From contig CAWDDT010000009.1 of the NCBI GenBank assembly GCA_963801165.1, forward strand, positions 32,001-96,000: 64,000 nucleotides of DNA. The letters run 5' to 3'. Under the pieces are notes generated by a model that was not told the origin of the DNA, ran no database searches, and worked only from the letters and a program-made list of their open reading frames with translations. Positions 8,657 to 17,729 of the stretch are shown piece by piece. Position 1 is the first letter of the stretch, and every line of letters starts with the position of its first letter. The translations under genes were made by a program, and so were the position numbers. The DNA is from an uncultured bacterium (GTDB lineage Bacteria; Actinomycetota; Acidimicrobiia; Spongiisociales; UBA5794).

Positions 8657-9572
8657 TCAGCGGGGGTCTAGAGCTCTTGTGAGGGTGGAGATGATCGTGG
8701 CGGGCTCATCGAGCACCTGACGCCAGGTGAATCGGTAGACGGTCCATCCCAACGCATGAGCCCGGTTCTGCTTCGCCTATCGCCCTGGAATGTCTCCCGG
8801 TCCATGTGATACCGCTCTCCATCCAGCTCGATCAGCACCCGCTGCTGCGGATATGCGAAATCAGCACGGCATACGATCCTCGACCCATCACGAACCCGAT
8901 ACTGGGCCACCGGCAGCGGCAGGTAGGAGGCAGCGATCAGCCGCTGGAAGCGATCCTCGAGCACACTCTCGGATACCGTGTCCCAGCCGGTTCGCTCGTC
9001 CAGCAGGGGGCGGATCTTCCCAATGCCGTTACGGTCGGATTTGGCGACACGGCTGACGAACGTCTTGACGTCGCCGAGTTGGAACAGCCCGAGACGGAGA
9101 CCGGTATCCAAACAATGCTCAACATATCGAAGGGAAGCGGTGGCGCCAACGTCCACCACTGTTCTCACAGCTGCTGTCGTCGGGATTCCATCGACAGTCA
9201 CCACGTCGTCTGGTTCGAGGTCCTTGGACTCGTGGATCTGGGGGTGTCTGCGGTGGATTCGTTGATGACGGACGGTGACAATCTCAGCCGGCTCCGGCTC
9301 GATGGACGACATTCCCCAAAGGAACGCTGCGGTCTTGTGCGACGCGGCAGCGAGACCCGGCACAGACAGCACAAGAGCAGTGGCCTCCCGACGCCAGCTC
9401 GCCGGTGTACCGGGGAAGGCGAAGACGGAAGGCTGGAGCCGGGCGAGTGCGCCGCGGCGACGCGCTTGTCGAGCGTCGATCTGCCGATTCCCGCATCGCA
9501 GGCCTGATTGAGAGAGAAGACGCCGTGCTGCCGGGCGGCGATATCTGCGAGCAGTTGGTCGAGGTTTGACAC
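8657..9572 (-). pseudogene. AbiEi-like N-terminal domain plus DUF559/Vsr-like endonuclease protein, two frameshifts
   Basis: N-terminus LADIAARQHGVFSLNQA in one frame, core (DGIPTT..RTVVD, SESVLE, ADFAYP..RVLIELDG..YH) in a second, C-terminus (KQNRAHALGWTVYRFTW) in a third. Breaks near 9452 and 8776. Confidence 0.8.
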
Positions 9573-9621
9573 CTTCGAGGGTCGCACAACAGCAACCCGT
9601 TTCGACCCCCCTGCCGCTTTG

Positions 9622-9657
9622 GCGTCGCAAACCGGAATATGTTCCGGTTTGCGACGC
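9622..9657. repeat. Palindromic REP-like element, copy 1
   Basis: GCGTCGCAAACCGGAA-TATG-TTCCGGTTTGCGACGC, perfect 16-bp arms. Confidence 0.9.
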
Positions 9658-9679
9658 TAAAAGCCAGGTTTTCGCACAG

Positions 9680-11056
9680 CTAGCCGCAACCTCCGCCGCC
9701 GCTGCCGGTAGCTACGACCGTCGCTGCTTCGCTGGGCAGTTGCTCGGTTCCCGGGATGGATAGATAGGCGGGAACGACGAGCGTGGTGCCGGTCATCCAC
9801 GATCTGACCTGGTCCTGGTAGGCGGCCATGCTCGGCACTGCGGACGATGTTGTGGCCCCAGCAGCGCCGGCGACGACCCAATCCGGCCATATCGCATCAG
9901 CACCAAGGACGCTGGCTTGCCAGGCAGCGTCGCCTCCATCGAGCAGTAGCGCATTGACTCCCTGCAGTCGCAGATCGGTGACGAGACTCCGCGCAGTTGC
10001 GGATTGGTCCGTGTCGACAATCACCAGCGGCTTGTTCTTGTCTGCGGTCGTGATGAGGAGGTCGTCGAGAACAGCGAGGGCTGCCTCGTACTGATCGTTG
10101 CCTGGGGGCACCACCACCGTGCCCTGCATCGGGACGGCAGCCCGGTCCTGTTGATCCCGCAGATCGAGGACAAGGGAGTTGGGAGGGGTCTCCTCGGCGA
10201 TGCGGTTCGCGTCGGACACGATCCATCCCGCCAGGCTGAGCGCATCGATGCTCGGGACCTGTGCCCCGTCGACGGCCACCGCCGCAGGAACCTCAGATCC
10301 CACAGCGAGGATATCGGGCTCCTCGGCGCCGACCGAGAACACGGCGAGCACAACGGCCAGCGCTGCTGCCAGCCCGATAACCGCCTTCGTGGAGCGGCCC
10401 GCGTGAGGCCGAACCACGGGGGGCCTGGGTTCGCCAGCGAGTTGTTCCGGGGTCTTCAAGGCGAAACGCTGCTCGATAATGTACAGGTACCGGAAGGAGA
10501 GAATCACCCCACCGGTGATCACGATGGCGGCGAGCCAGGCAAGCGGATGCCCGTTCAGGCTCTGAACCGCAGCGCCGGCCGGTTCGTAGAAGCTCTGGAA
10601 CCACGATGCCTGCCCTGCGCCATCGAAGAACAGGGCGAACCCGTAAATGCCGAGCACGATCCCGAGCAGGAACACCCAGGCATCGAGCCGCCCGCGGACT
10701 GCCGATACCACCGCGGTGCCGGGGCAGAATCCCCCGAAGTAGAAGCCGACGCCGAACAGGAGACCGCCGAGGAACATCGGCCAGAAGTAGGTCGTGCCAA
10801 TCTCGAGCAGGCCGAGGTCCATCCACCCGAACGCGCTCAGCAACTGGGCACCGATCATTGCGGTGACGAGGGCGGTGAACATGACCCGGTAGACACCCCA
10901 GTCCCTCAGTATGAAGACCGAAGTGAGCTTCTTGGCCGAGCCGAAGCCGGCGCGTTCCAGGAAGAAGCCGAACGCGATACCCACCACCGCGGCCATCACC
11001 AGGTAGGTGGTCGGAGAGCCGCCGTCGAGAGGGAGTATTGGAAAGATCGTGCTCAT
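9680..11056 (-). CDS. YeeE/YedE sulfur-transporter half fused to rhodanese-like domain with C-terminal GGGGCG
   Basis: GIAFGFFLERAGFGS, GGLLFGVGF..GGFCPGT; rhodanese-like LDLRD...LLDGG..AW; ends ATGSGGGGCG. ATG overlaps the upstream stop. Confidence 0.85.
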   Translation of the reverse strand: MSTIFPILPLDGGSPTTYLVMAAVVGIAFGFFLERAGFGSAKKLTSVFILRDWGVYRVMFTALVTAMIGAQLLSAFGWMDLGLLEIGTTYFWPMFLGGLLFGVGFYFGGFCPGTAVVSAVRGRLDAWVFLLGIVLGIYGFALFFDGAGQASWFQSFYEPAGAAVQSLNGHPLAWLAAIVITGGVILSFRYLYIIEQRFALKTPEQLAGEPRPPVVRPHAGRSTKAVIGLAAALAVVLAVFSVGAEEPDILAVGSEVPAAVAVDGAQVPSIDALSLAGWIVSDANRIAEETPPNSLVLDLRDQQDRAAVPMQGTVVVPPGNDQYEAALAVLDDLLITTADKNKPLVIVDTDQSATARSLVTDLRLQGVNALLLDGGDAAWQASVLGADAIWPDWVVAGAAGATTSSAVPSMAAYQDQVRSWMTGTTLVVPAYLSIPGTEQLPSEAATVVATGSGGGGCG

Positions 11057-12312
11057 CGCCACACCTTCTTGAATGCAAACGCAGTCCCAAAGCCGCCGAT
11101 GAACACCGCAGCGAGGAACAACCAGGAGCCGGCTGACAACAGGGCCGCTTCCGAGAGATGATGCGAGGTGCAGCCGCGAGCGAACCGGGTGGCGATGCCA
11201 ACCACGATCCCGCCGGAGAGAGCGAACAGGAGCCGGCTTCGTCGCGAGATGAGGCTCCCGCGGTCGATTCCGAACTTGATCCGACCCGCGATGAGCGCCG
11301 ACACGAATCCGCCGACCGCAATTCCGAGAACGGTCCACGTCAGCCAGTATTCGCTCAGCTTGGTTCCCAGGACGGAACCCCAATATGCATTGGACGCAAC
11401 CTGATCGGGGGCCACCCCGGCGACGGCGAATGCCCCGAGTCGCGAGAACAATCCCGATGCTCCCGGGCCGTGTCCCATCAATGCGAACCCGGCGAGCACG
11501 CTCAGGCCCAGGCCGATCCCGGCAATATAAGGGGACCCGAGCGGTTTCGGCTTTGCGTGGTGCACTCGCAGTACCAGGCGCTTGACCGATCCGAGCACTT
11601 TGCGAGGCAAGGCGAATCTATCTGTCGGGCGCAGGGGCTCACCCTCGTCGCCGTGCTCGCGATACCACTCGGCATGGTGGTGTTCGACGTACTCGGCGTC
11701 AACATTGCCGGTGACCATGCTCACCAGTGCCGGGCGCTCCTCTTTCATGAGCGCGGCCATAGCGAAGTGGACGAAGAAGAAGGCGATGACGACACCGACG
11801 GTGATCAGATGGATGAGCACGAGCGACCTGCCCAGCGAACCACCTCCGGTTCCGAACCACATGAGGAGACCCGTTGTCCCGATGATGCTCGACCCGATTA
11901 GCACGACGGCGCCGAAGGCCTTCTGACCGGCGTTGTATGCGCCCTGGTCCGGCATCGGCAGCGATGGATCAAAGATCTCGGCCTTTGGCTTGACCTTGAA
12001 CCAGATGAGATCGTTGCGGGTGGGGACCAGATCCCGCAGGAAGCGCAGCGAGAGACCATGGGGATCGAGCAAGAAGGACGCAACCAGCACCCCGAACCAC
12101 AGCATCCCCACATACACGTGGACATGGAGCAGACGGGTGGCACCTCCGAAGAGGCTATTCACGGCATTGACATAGAAGCGGGGCCCGATCTGGTATCCCG
12201 AGTTGCTGATGATGGCGATTCCGGTCAGCCACAGGAACAGGAAGCTCGCTGCGTTGTACCAGTGAACGATGCGCTGCTGCAGCGGATGCTTGACGAGAGC
12301 TCTCTCACTCAT
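11053..12312 (-). CDS. PhsC/FdnI-like di-heme cytochrome b anchor fused to a YeeE/YedE half
   Basis: RIVHW, LHVH, YNAGQK, LIHL...FVHF, SMVTG.VD.EYVEHHH.EW; then SPYIAGIGLG...ATRFARGCTS in one uninterrupted ORF. Confidence 0.85.
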   Translation of the reverse strand: MSERALVKHPLQQRIVHWYNAASFLFLWLTGIAIISNSGYQIGPRFYVNAVNSLFGGATRLLHVHVYVGMLWFGVLVASFLLDPHGLSLRFLRDLVPTRNDLIWFKVKPKAEIFDPSLPMPDQGAYNAGQKAFGAVVLIGSSIIGTTGLLMWFGTGGGSLGRSLVLIHLITVGVVIAFFFVHFAMAALMKEERPALVSMVTGNVDAEYVEHHHAEWYREHGDEGEPLRPTDRFALPRKVLGSVKRLVLRVHHAKPKPLGSPYIAGIGLGLSVLAGFALMGHGPGASGLFSRLGAFAVAGVAPDQVASNAYWGSVLGTKLSEYWLTWTVLGIAVGGFVSALIAGRIKFGIDRGSLISRRSRLLFALSGGIVVGIATRFARGCTSHHLSEAALLSAGSWLFLAAVFIGGFGTAFAFKKVWR

Positions 12313-13108
12313 TGTCGGTTGCCTCCGCTTTCTCTGCGAGCATCTGCTCCTCCATCTCCTGCAAAGCGATTTTCTCTGCGCGGTCACGCAGCATCCGCAT
12401 TCCGATCATTGCCCCCATCGCCATGGCACTGGCCACACCCAGCCCGCCGACGGCTTTGCCGAAGCCGTTGCGCCAGAGCATGCTTGTTTCGCTGCCACCA
12501 CCCTGCGGCGGCAGCTTCTCCTGCAGCAACGCCAGATCCTCGGGCAGCCCGCTGAACCGCAGCCTTGGCCGCGGGTTCACGGCATTGGTGGTGAGGGCGA
12601 TGAGCTCGTGCCCGTCGTCGATGGCATTGACGTCGCCAACGCTCACGGTTCTCTCCTTGCCGTCGATCTCTACGACTTCGTAGAACGAGCGGGCGCCGGC
12701 GGGGCATACCTCGAAGCAAGCGGGCGCCTGGCCGTTCTCCACTCGTCCTTCGCACAGGGTGCACTTCTCTAGCTTCTTGGTGTCCTGCGCGACGTATCGA
12801 GCCTCGTAGGGACAGGCGGGCACGCATAGGCCACAGCCGATGCAGAGGTCCTTGTCGACGAGTACCCGTCCGTCTGCAGCCTTGAACGAGGCACCTGTGG
12901 GGCAGGCGTCGACACATGGCGCATCGGCACAGTGGTGGCAGAGATACGGGGCGAACGTCGTGTTGCCGACGACATCGCCATCGTCTTCGAGGAACTTCAC
13001 CCAGTTGCGGGCGCTGGACGGGTCGAGATCGTTGGCAGTGATACATGCCACCTCGCAGGCCCGACAGCCGATGCAGCGCGATATGTCGATACGGAATTGA
13101 AAAGACAT
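12305..13108 (-). CDS. 4x[4Fe-4S] electron-transfer subunit (PhsB/PsrB-like) with C-terminal TM helix
   Basis: CIGCRACEVAC, CHHCADAPCVDACP, CIGCGLCVPACP, CTLC..C..CP. Confidence 0.92.
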   Translation of the reverse strand: MSFQFRIDISRCIGCRACEVACITANDLDPSSARNWVKFLEDDGDVVGNTTFAPYLCHHCADAPCVDACPTGASFKAADGRVLVDKDLCIGCGLCVPACPYEARYVAQDTKKLEKCTLCEGRVENGQAPACFEVCPAGARSFYEVVEIDGKERTVSVGDVNAIDDGHELIALTTNAVNPRPRLRFSGLPEDLALLQEKLPPQGGGSETSMLWRNGFGKAVGGLGVASAMAMGAMIGMRMLRDRAEKIALQEMEEQMLAEKAEATDNE

Positions 13109-13118
13109 CGTTGTTCCC

Positions 13119-15446
13119 CTACGCCGAATTGGGCCGGACTAGACGTACGAAGTTCACGCGCATCCCGGTGCCGCCCGAGAGGGGATCGACTGCGTACTGT
13201 GTCATCAGGGCCGAGTCATCAACGCCACGTTTGTAGGCACGGGTGAGCTGCCGGCTGTTGTGGCCAAAACCGTGGGTGATGTAGACGGCGTCGTCGCTCA
13301 TCCGGTCGGTCACTTTCACCTTGATAGGGCCCTGGCGGACGCCGTCCTGGTTGAGCATCTCGACCAGTTCTCCGTCTGCGATTCCGTAGGCGGCTGCCGT
13401 TGCCGGCGATGCCCAGACCGCGTTCTCAGGGTCGCGCCCGTGGAGGATCGGCGTGTTCTGGGTACGTCCGAAGCTATGGACGGGCGACCGACCGTAGAGC
13501 AAGCGAACGTGCCCGGGTGGAGCTCCTCGTGGCGGGTAGTAGGTAGGCATCGGCTCGTAGCCCGTGGGGTCCTCGCCGGATTCGATCTTGCTCAGCCAGA
13601 CCTCCTCGAGGTCCGGCGAGTAGAGCTGGACGCGACCATCGCCGGCTTCACCCCTGAATGTGGGGAATTCGAAAGGGGCCCCGGCCCGGCCGCTGCCGTC
13701 GGTCCCGAGCCCGTATCCCTGCCGATAAATGGGAAGATTCTCGTCGGTGACCACGTAACCGGTGGCAACGAGGGTGTCCCAATCGACCTTGCCGCCTTCG
13801 GGATCTGAGTTGTACTTGGCAATTGTCGCTTCGGAGAGATCCTCGACCGATTCCCACAACCAGTAGCGTTCCAATCCGAGCTCGGCCCCGATGTCGCGGG
13901 CAATTTGTGCCTCGCCGCGGCTCTCCCCGATAGGTTCCACCGCTTGCTGCATCACGGCCACGAAGGGGTCGCGGCTGCCGCCGCTGCATAGATTGTCGGA
14001 CCGTTCCAGATAAGAAGCCGCCGGCAGGAGCACATCGGCGTACTGGGTTATCTCCGTGGGGAGCACATCGACCACCGCCAGGAATTCGAGTTTCTTCAGT
14101 GCGTCGATGGTCTCTTGCTGTGCGGGCAATGACGTAATGAGGTTCGTCCCGACAACAACCCAGGCCTTGATGGCGCCATCGCGTGTTGCCTGGCGGATAC
14201 CGTTGACGTTGACGCCGACGGCGAACGGATAGCCGGGGTCGCGACGGTCTGCCAGTTCCGGATACTTCGGGAGTTCGGGATAGACCTCTTCGAGGCTGGG
14301 GAGGTGGGCCTGGTTCGGCAGGTAGTAGCCGCCGCGCGATCCCCAGGCGCCGGTGATGGCGACGAGAATCGCCATGGCACGGGCTCGCTGCGTGTCGTCG
14401 CCGTACCAGACTACGTGTCTGCCGGGGTGGAGTGCCATGTGCGGCCCGGCCATCCCGATCATCTGCGCCGATGCCTCTATCTGCTCGGCCGTGAGACCGG
14501 TCTCGGCCGCGGCCCACTCGGGAGTGCTCGTCGCCACGTGTTCGCTGAGGACGTCGAATCCGGCGGTGTAGTCACGAACGAAGTCGCGGTCGTAGAGCCC
14601 GTCGCGGATCAGGATGTGTGTCCACGCCAGGAGCAGCGCCAGGTCGGTTCCAGGCTTGATCTGCAGCCAGATATCTGCGCGCAGGGCTGCGGTGGATCGT
14701 CTGGGGTCCACGACGATGAGATTGGCCCCGCGTGTCGTCGCTTCTACGAATTCCTGCACCTGGAGGTTGTGCATGTTCTCCCCGAGGTGGGAGCCGATCA
14801 GCACGAGGCAATCGGTGTTCGCAATGTCGAGCGGCTCGGGAGACTTCAAGGGATGCCCGAATGTCAGTTGATATCCGACTTCCCGCGGCGCCTTGCATTG
14901 GTCGTACGCGGGATGGGCGTGGTGGGCGGTGCCGATCGCTGCGGCCAGATGCTCGAAATGGGTCTCGGCGGCACCGTGGGTGAGAAAGGCAACCGCGCCC
15001 GGGCCGTCGGCCTCGATGATCTCGCGGAGTCGTGTTCCTATGACGGAGTTGGCTTCGTCCCAGGTGGTATTGCGGAACACCGCCTCCCCGCGCTCGCCGG
15101 TGCGGATCTGGGGGTGCTGCAATCGATCCGTGTCTTCGTGAAAGCCGATACCGCCGATACCGCGCGGGCAGAGCCGGCCTTGACTGAGCGGGTGGCCCGG
15201 TACTCCGCTGATGTGGAGGACTTCGCCCTGTTCGCCGATTTCGACGTTGATGCCGCACTTCCAAAAACACACACCGCACACCGACCGAACGGAGCGAACC
15301 GCGATCGGCGGGTCGAAACGGGGGTGGGCGATATCCGTCTGGGTGGCGCCCGCCTCCTGCTCGAAGAGGATGCTCGCGGCCGCGCCTGCCGATCCGGCAA
15401 AACCGAACTGGATGAATTCGCGCCTGGTATGACCGATAGCACTCAT
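13119..15446 (-). CDS. Molybdopterin oxidoreductase catalytic subunit, thiosulfate/polysulfide reductase (PhsA/PsrA) type
   Basis: Tat TRREFIQ, FS0 CGVCFWKC...LCPRG, putative Mo-ligand QCKAPR, GSHLGENMHN, HPGRH..WYGDD, HSFGRTQN. Confidence 0.9.
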   Translation of the reverse strand: MSAIGHTRREFIQFGFAGSAGAAASILFEQEAGATQTDIAHPRFDPPIAVRSVRSVCGVCFWKCGINVEIGEQGEVLHISGVPGHPLSQGRLCPRGIGGIGFHEDTDRLQHPQIRTGERGEAVFRNTTWDEANSVIGTRLREIIEADGPGAVAFLTHGAAETHFEHLAAAIGTAHHAHPAYDQCKAPREVGYQLTFGHPLKSPEPLDIANTDCLVLIGSHLGENMHNLQVQEFVEATTRGANLIVVDPRRSTAALRADIWLQIKPGTDLALLLAWTHILIRDGLYDRDFVRDYTAGFDVLSEHVATSTPEWAAAETGLTAEQIEASAQMIGMAGPHMALHPGRHVVWYGDDTQRARAMAILVAITGAWGSRGGYYLPNQAHLPSLEEVYPELPKYPELADRRDPGYPFAVGVNVNGIRQATRDGAIKAWVVVGTNLITSLPAQQETIDALKKLEFLAVVDVLPTEITQYADVLLPAASYLERSDNLCSGGSRDPFVAVMQQAVEPIGESRGEAQIARDIGAELGLERYWLWESVEDLSEATIAKYNSDPEGGKVDWDTLVATGYVVTDENLPIYRQGYGLGTDGSGRAGAPFEFPTFRGEAGDGRVQLYSPDLEEVWLSKIESGEDPTGYEPMPTYYPPRGAPPGHVRLLYGRSPVHSFGRTQNTPILHGRDPENAVWASPATAAAYGIADGELVEMLNQDGVRQGPIKVKVTDRMSDDAVYITHGFGHNSRQLTRAYKRGVDDSALMTQYAVDPLSGGTGMRVNFVRLVRPNSA

Positions 15447-15462
15447 GTGACTCCTAGGGGAA

Positions 15463-15475
15463 TTGTCAATGACAA
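15463..15475. promoter_or_regulatory. Inverted repeat upstream of the phsA-like gene, possible operator
   Basis: TTGTCA-A-TGACAA, 17 nt upstream of the start codon in an AT-rich leader. Confidence 0.4.
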
Positions 15476-15703
15476 CCTATGCACCCTATATATTGTCGGT
15501 TCCGAATATGTTTGGGTGAAGTCCCTGGTAAGGGGCCAATGGGCACAAGAAATGATGCTGAGCGGCACCGGTGCCTGGCAATTCCTGTGACCTAGCCTTC
15601 CGCCCGCGTCACTTATTGTCGAGGCTGATAGGAGACGCGGTGTCCCGGCGGTGGTTCAGACCCGGGTCTCACCGCAGCAGTCGAGCCGACTCGTTTTGGT
15701 TTG

Positions 15704-16030
15704 CTACCTGGCGCCTACCAGGAAGTAGGTCGGCATCAGGCCCTTGCCTTTGACCTCGACGTCGCCGCGGAGTTCGAATTCGTACCGATGCGACAGCAGG
15801 TCGCGCACCGCCTCCGTGCACTGGATGTGGTCCCCAACACCCTGCGACTCCATTCTGCTGGCGGTGTTGACGGTGTCCCCCCACAGGTCGTAGATGAACT
15901 TCTGCCGACCGATCACACCCGCGACGACGTCGCCGGAGTGCAGCCCGATCCGCACAGAAAGCGGGACATCGAGGCGACTTCCGAGTGCCGAAAGGGCGGG
16001 CATCATGTCGAGGGCAGCGCTGGCGAGGGC
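15704..16030 (-). pseudogene. Class III adenylate/guanylate cyclase, C-terminal fragment only
   Basis: VRIGLHSGDVVAGVIG..KFIYDLWGDTVNTASRMES...VKGKG; the N-terminal half with the metal-binding Asp residues is absent. Confidence 0.8.
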
Positions 16031-16247
16031 GCTCTCCCGGCTTGGCGCCGACGACCGTGTCGACGACGTAACCGTGATCGGCGACCGCAGATACGACATC
16101 GAAGCCGGACGTGCCCACAATACGCGGACGATCGGCGTCACCTGGGGGTTCGGAAGTCGCGACGAGCTCGAGCAAGCCGGCGCCGACCGGGTTGTGGATC
16201 ATCCGGGAGAGATAGCCGACATCGTTGCCCCGCTTGCCAACGGGTGA
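16018..16247 (+). pseudogene. HAD-family phosphatase, C-terminal fragment only
   Basis: Motif IV region VIGDRRYDIEAG...IGVTWGFGSRDEL..AGAD; no DxD motif I upstream. Confidence 0.8.
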
Positions 16248-16629
16248 AGATCAGCTTCTCGATGCGGAGCGAAGGTTGAGCGACCTGCCCGCCGACGCCT
16301 TCGAGCAGCGAATCGAGCTTCGAGACCAGATACACGAGCTGAGGGCCACGGCAGCCGCGGCCAGCCTCGAAACGAATGCCTCGTCCGGGCTGCTCCGCTA
16401 CCTGGAGCAACTGGAGGCGCGACGGGTGGCAATCAAGAGCGAGCGGCTCGATCCTTCCCAGCAGGACGGTGGTTTGGGTGGCATGGGGATCCCCGCCAAA
16501 CAGACCGACGAGCTGAACCGCCGTATCGAGGAAGCACAGGACCTGCCGGAACTGGAGCGGGAGATCGCCCGGATCCGGGAAGGGCTGGCGAGGGTCCCAC
16601 TCCGTGAAGGGAAGCCGACGAGTGACTGA
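16234..16629 (+). CDS. Hypothetical helical/coiled-coil protein
   Basis: Natural charged helical composition; start uncertain (16225 or 16234). Confidence 0.6.
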   Translation: MPTGEDQLLDAERRLSDLPADAFEQRIELRDQIHELRATAAAASLETNASSGLLRYLEQLEARRVAIKSERLDPSQQDGGLGGMGIPAKQTDELNRRIEEAQDLPELEREIARIREGLARVPLREGKPTSD

Positions 16630-16654
16630 GGCGGCTCGGTGCGGGCGGGTCGCC

Positions 16655-17044
16655 TCACTCTTCGACCATGTGGAGGACCTCCCAATCCTCGGTGATCCTC
16701 CCGTCCACAATACGACTGATGGTCACGCCGTGCACCGCGATCGGCCGCCCAGCCTGCGCCCCGGTCCAGAGTGGCTTGGTCGGCGTGCCCCGGCTCACCC
16801 AGCGGGTGACGACCCGGTTTCCCTCCGCGATCTGCTCCTCGACCGTGGAGACGCGGTCCGGCATCGAGTTGATGAGATTCCGGGCGATCTCCTTTGCTGC
16901 GTCCCGACCTCGCGCCTCAGAGCCACCGGGGCCGCGATAGACGTAGTCGTCGGCATACAGCCGATCGATTGCGCTTATGTCTCTGCCGTTCATGACGTAG
17001 TCGAACCAACCACGTGCGACCGTCTTCAGGTCTTGCTTCTCCAT
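16655..17044 (-). CDS. SnoaL-like / ester cyclase family protein
   Basis: EEQIAEGNRVVTRW..RGT, RIVDGRITEDW. Confidence 0.85.
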   Translation of the reverse strand: MEKQDLKTVARGWFDYVMNGRDISAIDRLYADDYVYRGPGGSEARGRDAAKEIARNLINSMPDRVSTVEEQIAEGNRVVTRWVSRGTPTKPLWTGAQAGRPIAVHGVTISRIVDGRITEDWEVLHMVEE

Positions 17045-17091
17045 ACTGCGAGCATACCCACCCCGCCCAGAGGCCGCCCCCCGCCACTCTG

Positions 17092-17127
17092 GCGTCGGAA
17101 ACCGGAATATGTTCCGGTCTGCGACGC
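17092..17127. repeat. Palindromic REP-like element, copy 2
   Basis: GCGTCGGAAACCGGAATATGTTCCGGTCTGCGACGC; 34/36 identical to 9622-9657, with similar flanks. Confidence 0.9.
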
Positions 17128-17149
17128 AAGAAGCAGAGGGGGAGTCCGC

Positions 17150-17680
17150 TCAGGCCTCCGCCACGGCCCAGTAGACGACGTCGATACCGTTCTCGCTGCC
17201 GACGACGGTGGCGGACATCTCGACATTCTCTCCGCCTACCTGCAGATCCGTGGTCGGTAATTGGTCCGACCAGGTGCCGGTGTGGGCTGCGGCGGCCTGT
17301 GTGGCGCAGGATTGGCCGGGTTCGGCACCACCGTTGGTGACGATCCAGTCGGCGAGCCGCCCGCAGACCGTCTCTGTGGATGCAACGCCGTGCTGGGTGA
17401 AGTAGCGGACGACCACCGTCTTGTTGTCACCAAGCCAGCCCGCTGGGTGCGTGTCGTCGGGTCGGTACACGAACACGGGCACGACGCTCGTACCGCCTGT
17501 GGTCAGGATCTCGCCGCCGTGCCAGCCCATTTCGGGTTCGGCGATACCGGAGTCGGCGGCGCCGGACGGAGCTGTCACGCTGAGAAGGGCGTGATGGGCA
17601 GCGTCGAGGCCGTCTCCACATCCGGTCGTCAGCATGCCAAACGCAGCAAGGAGGAGAACCCATCGTCCCCGGGTGGTCAT
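17150..17680 (-). CDS. Hypothetical lipoprotein
   Basis: Signal MTTRGRWVLLLAAFGMLTTGC with lipobox. Confidence 0.65.
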   Translation of the reverse strand: MTTRGRWVLLLAAFGMLTTGCGDGLDAAHHALLSVTAPSGAADSGIAEPEMGWHGGEILTTGGTSVVPVFVYRPDDTHPAGWLGDNKTVVVRYFTQHGVASTETVCGRLADWIVTNGGAEPGQSCATQAAAAHTGTWSDQLPTTDLQVGGENVEMSATVVGSENGIDVVYWAVAEA

Positions 17681-17729
17681 CACCGGCGAACTATATACGC
17701 GCCGGTGTGGCCGGGTTTCATCGACAAGG

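Noticed and set aside
15447-15620. Moco riboswitch or DosR boxes upstream of the phsA-like gene
   Set aside because: Moco RNA consensus not found; GGGAC/GGGGCC half-sites match a DosR box too weakly.
9622-17127. The two 36-bp palindromes as CRISPR repeats or ends of a 7.5-kb mobile element
   Set aside because: No spacer array, cas gene, transposase or target-site duplication; better treated as REP-like.
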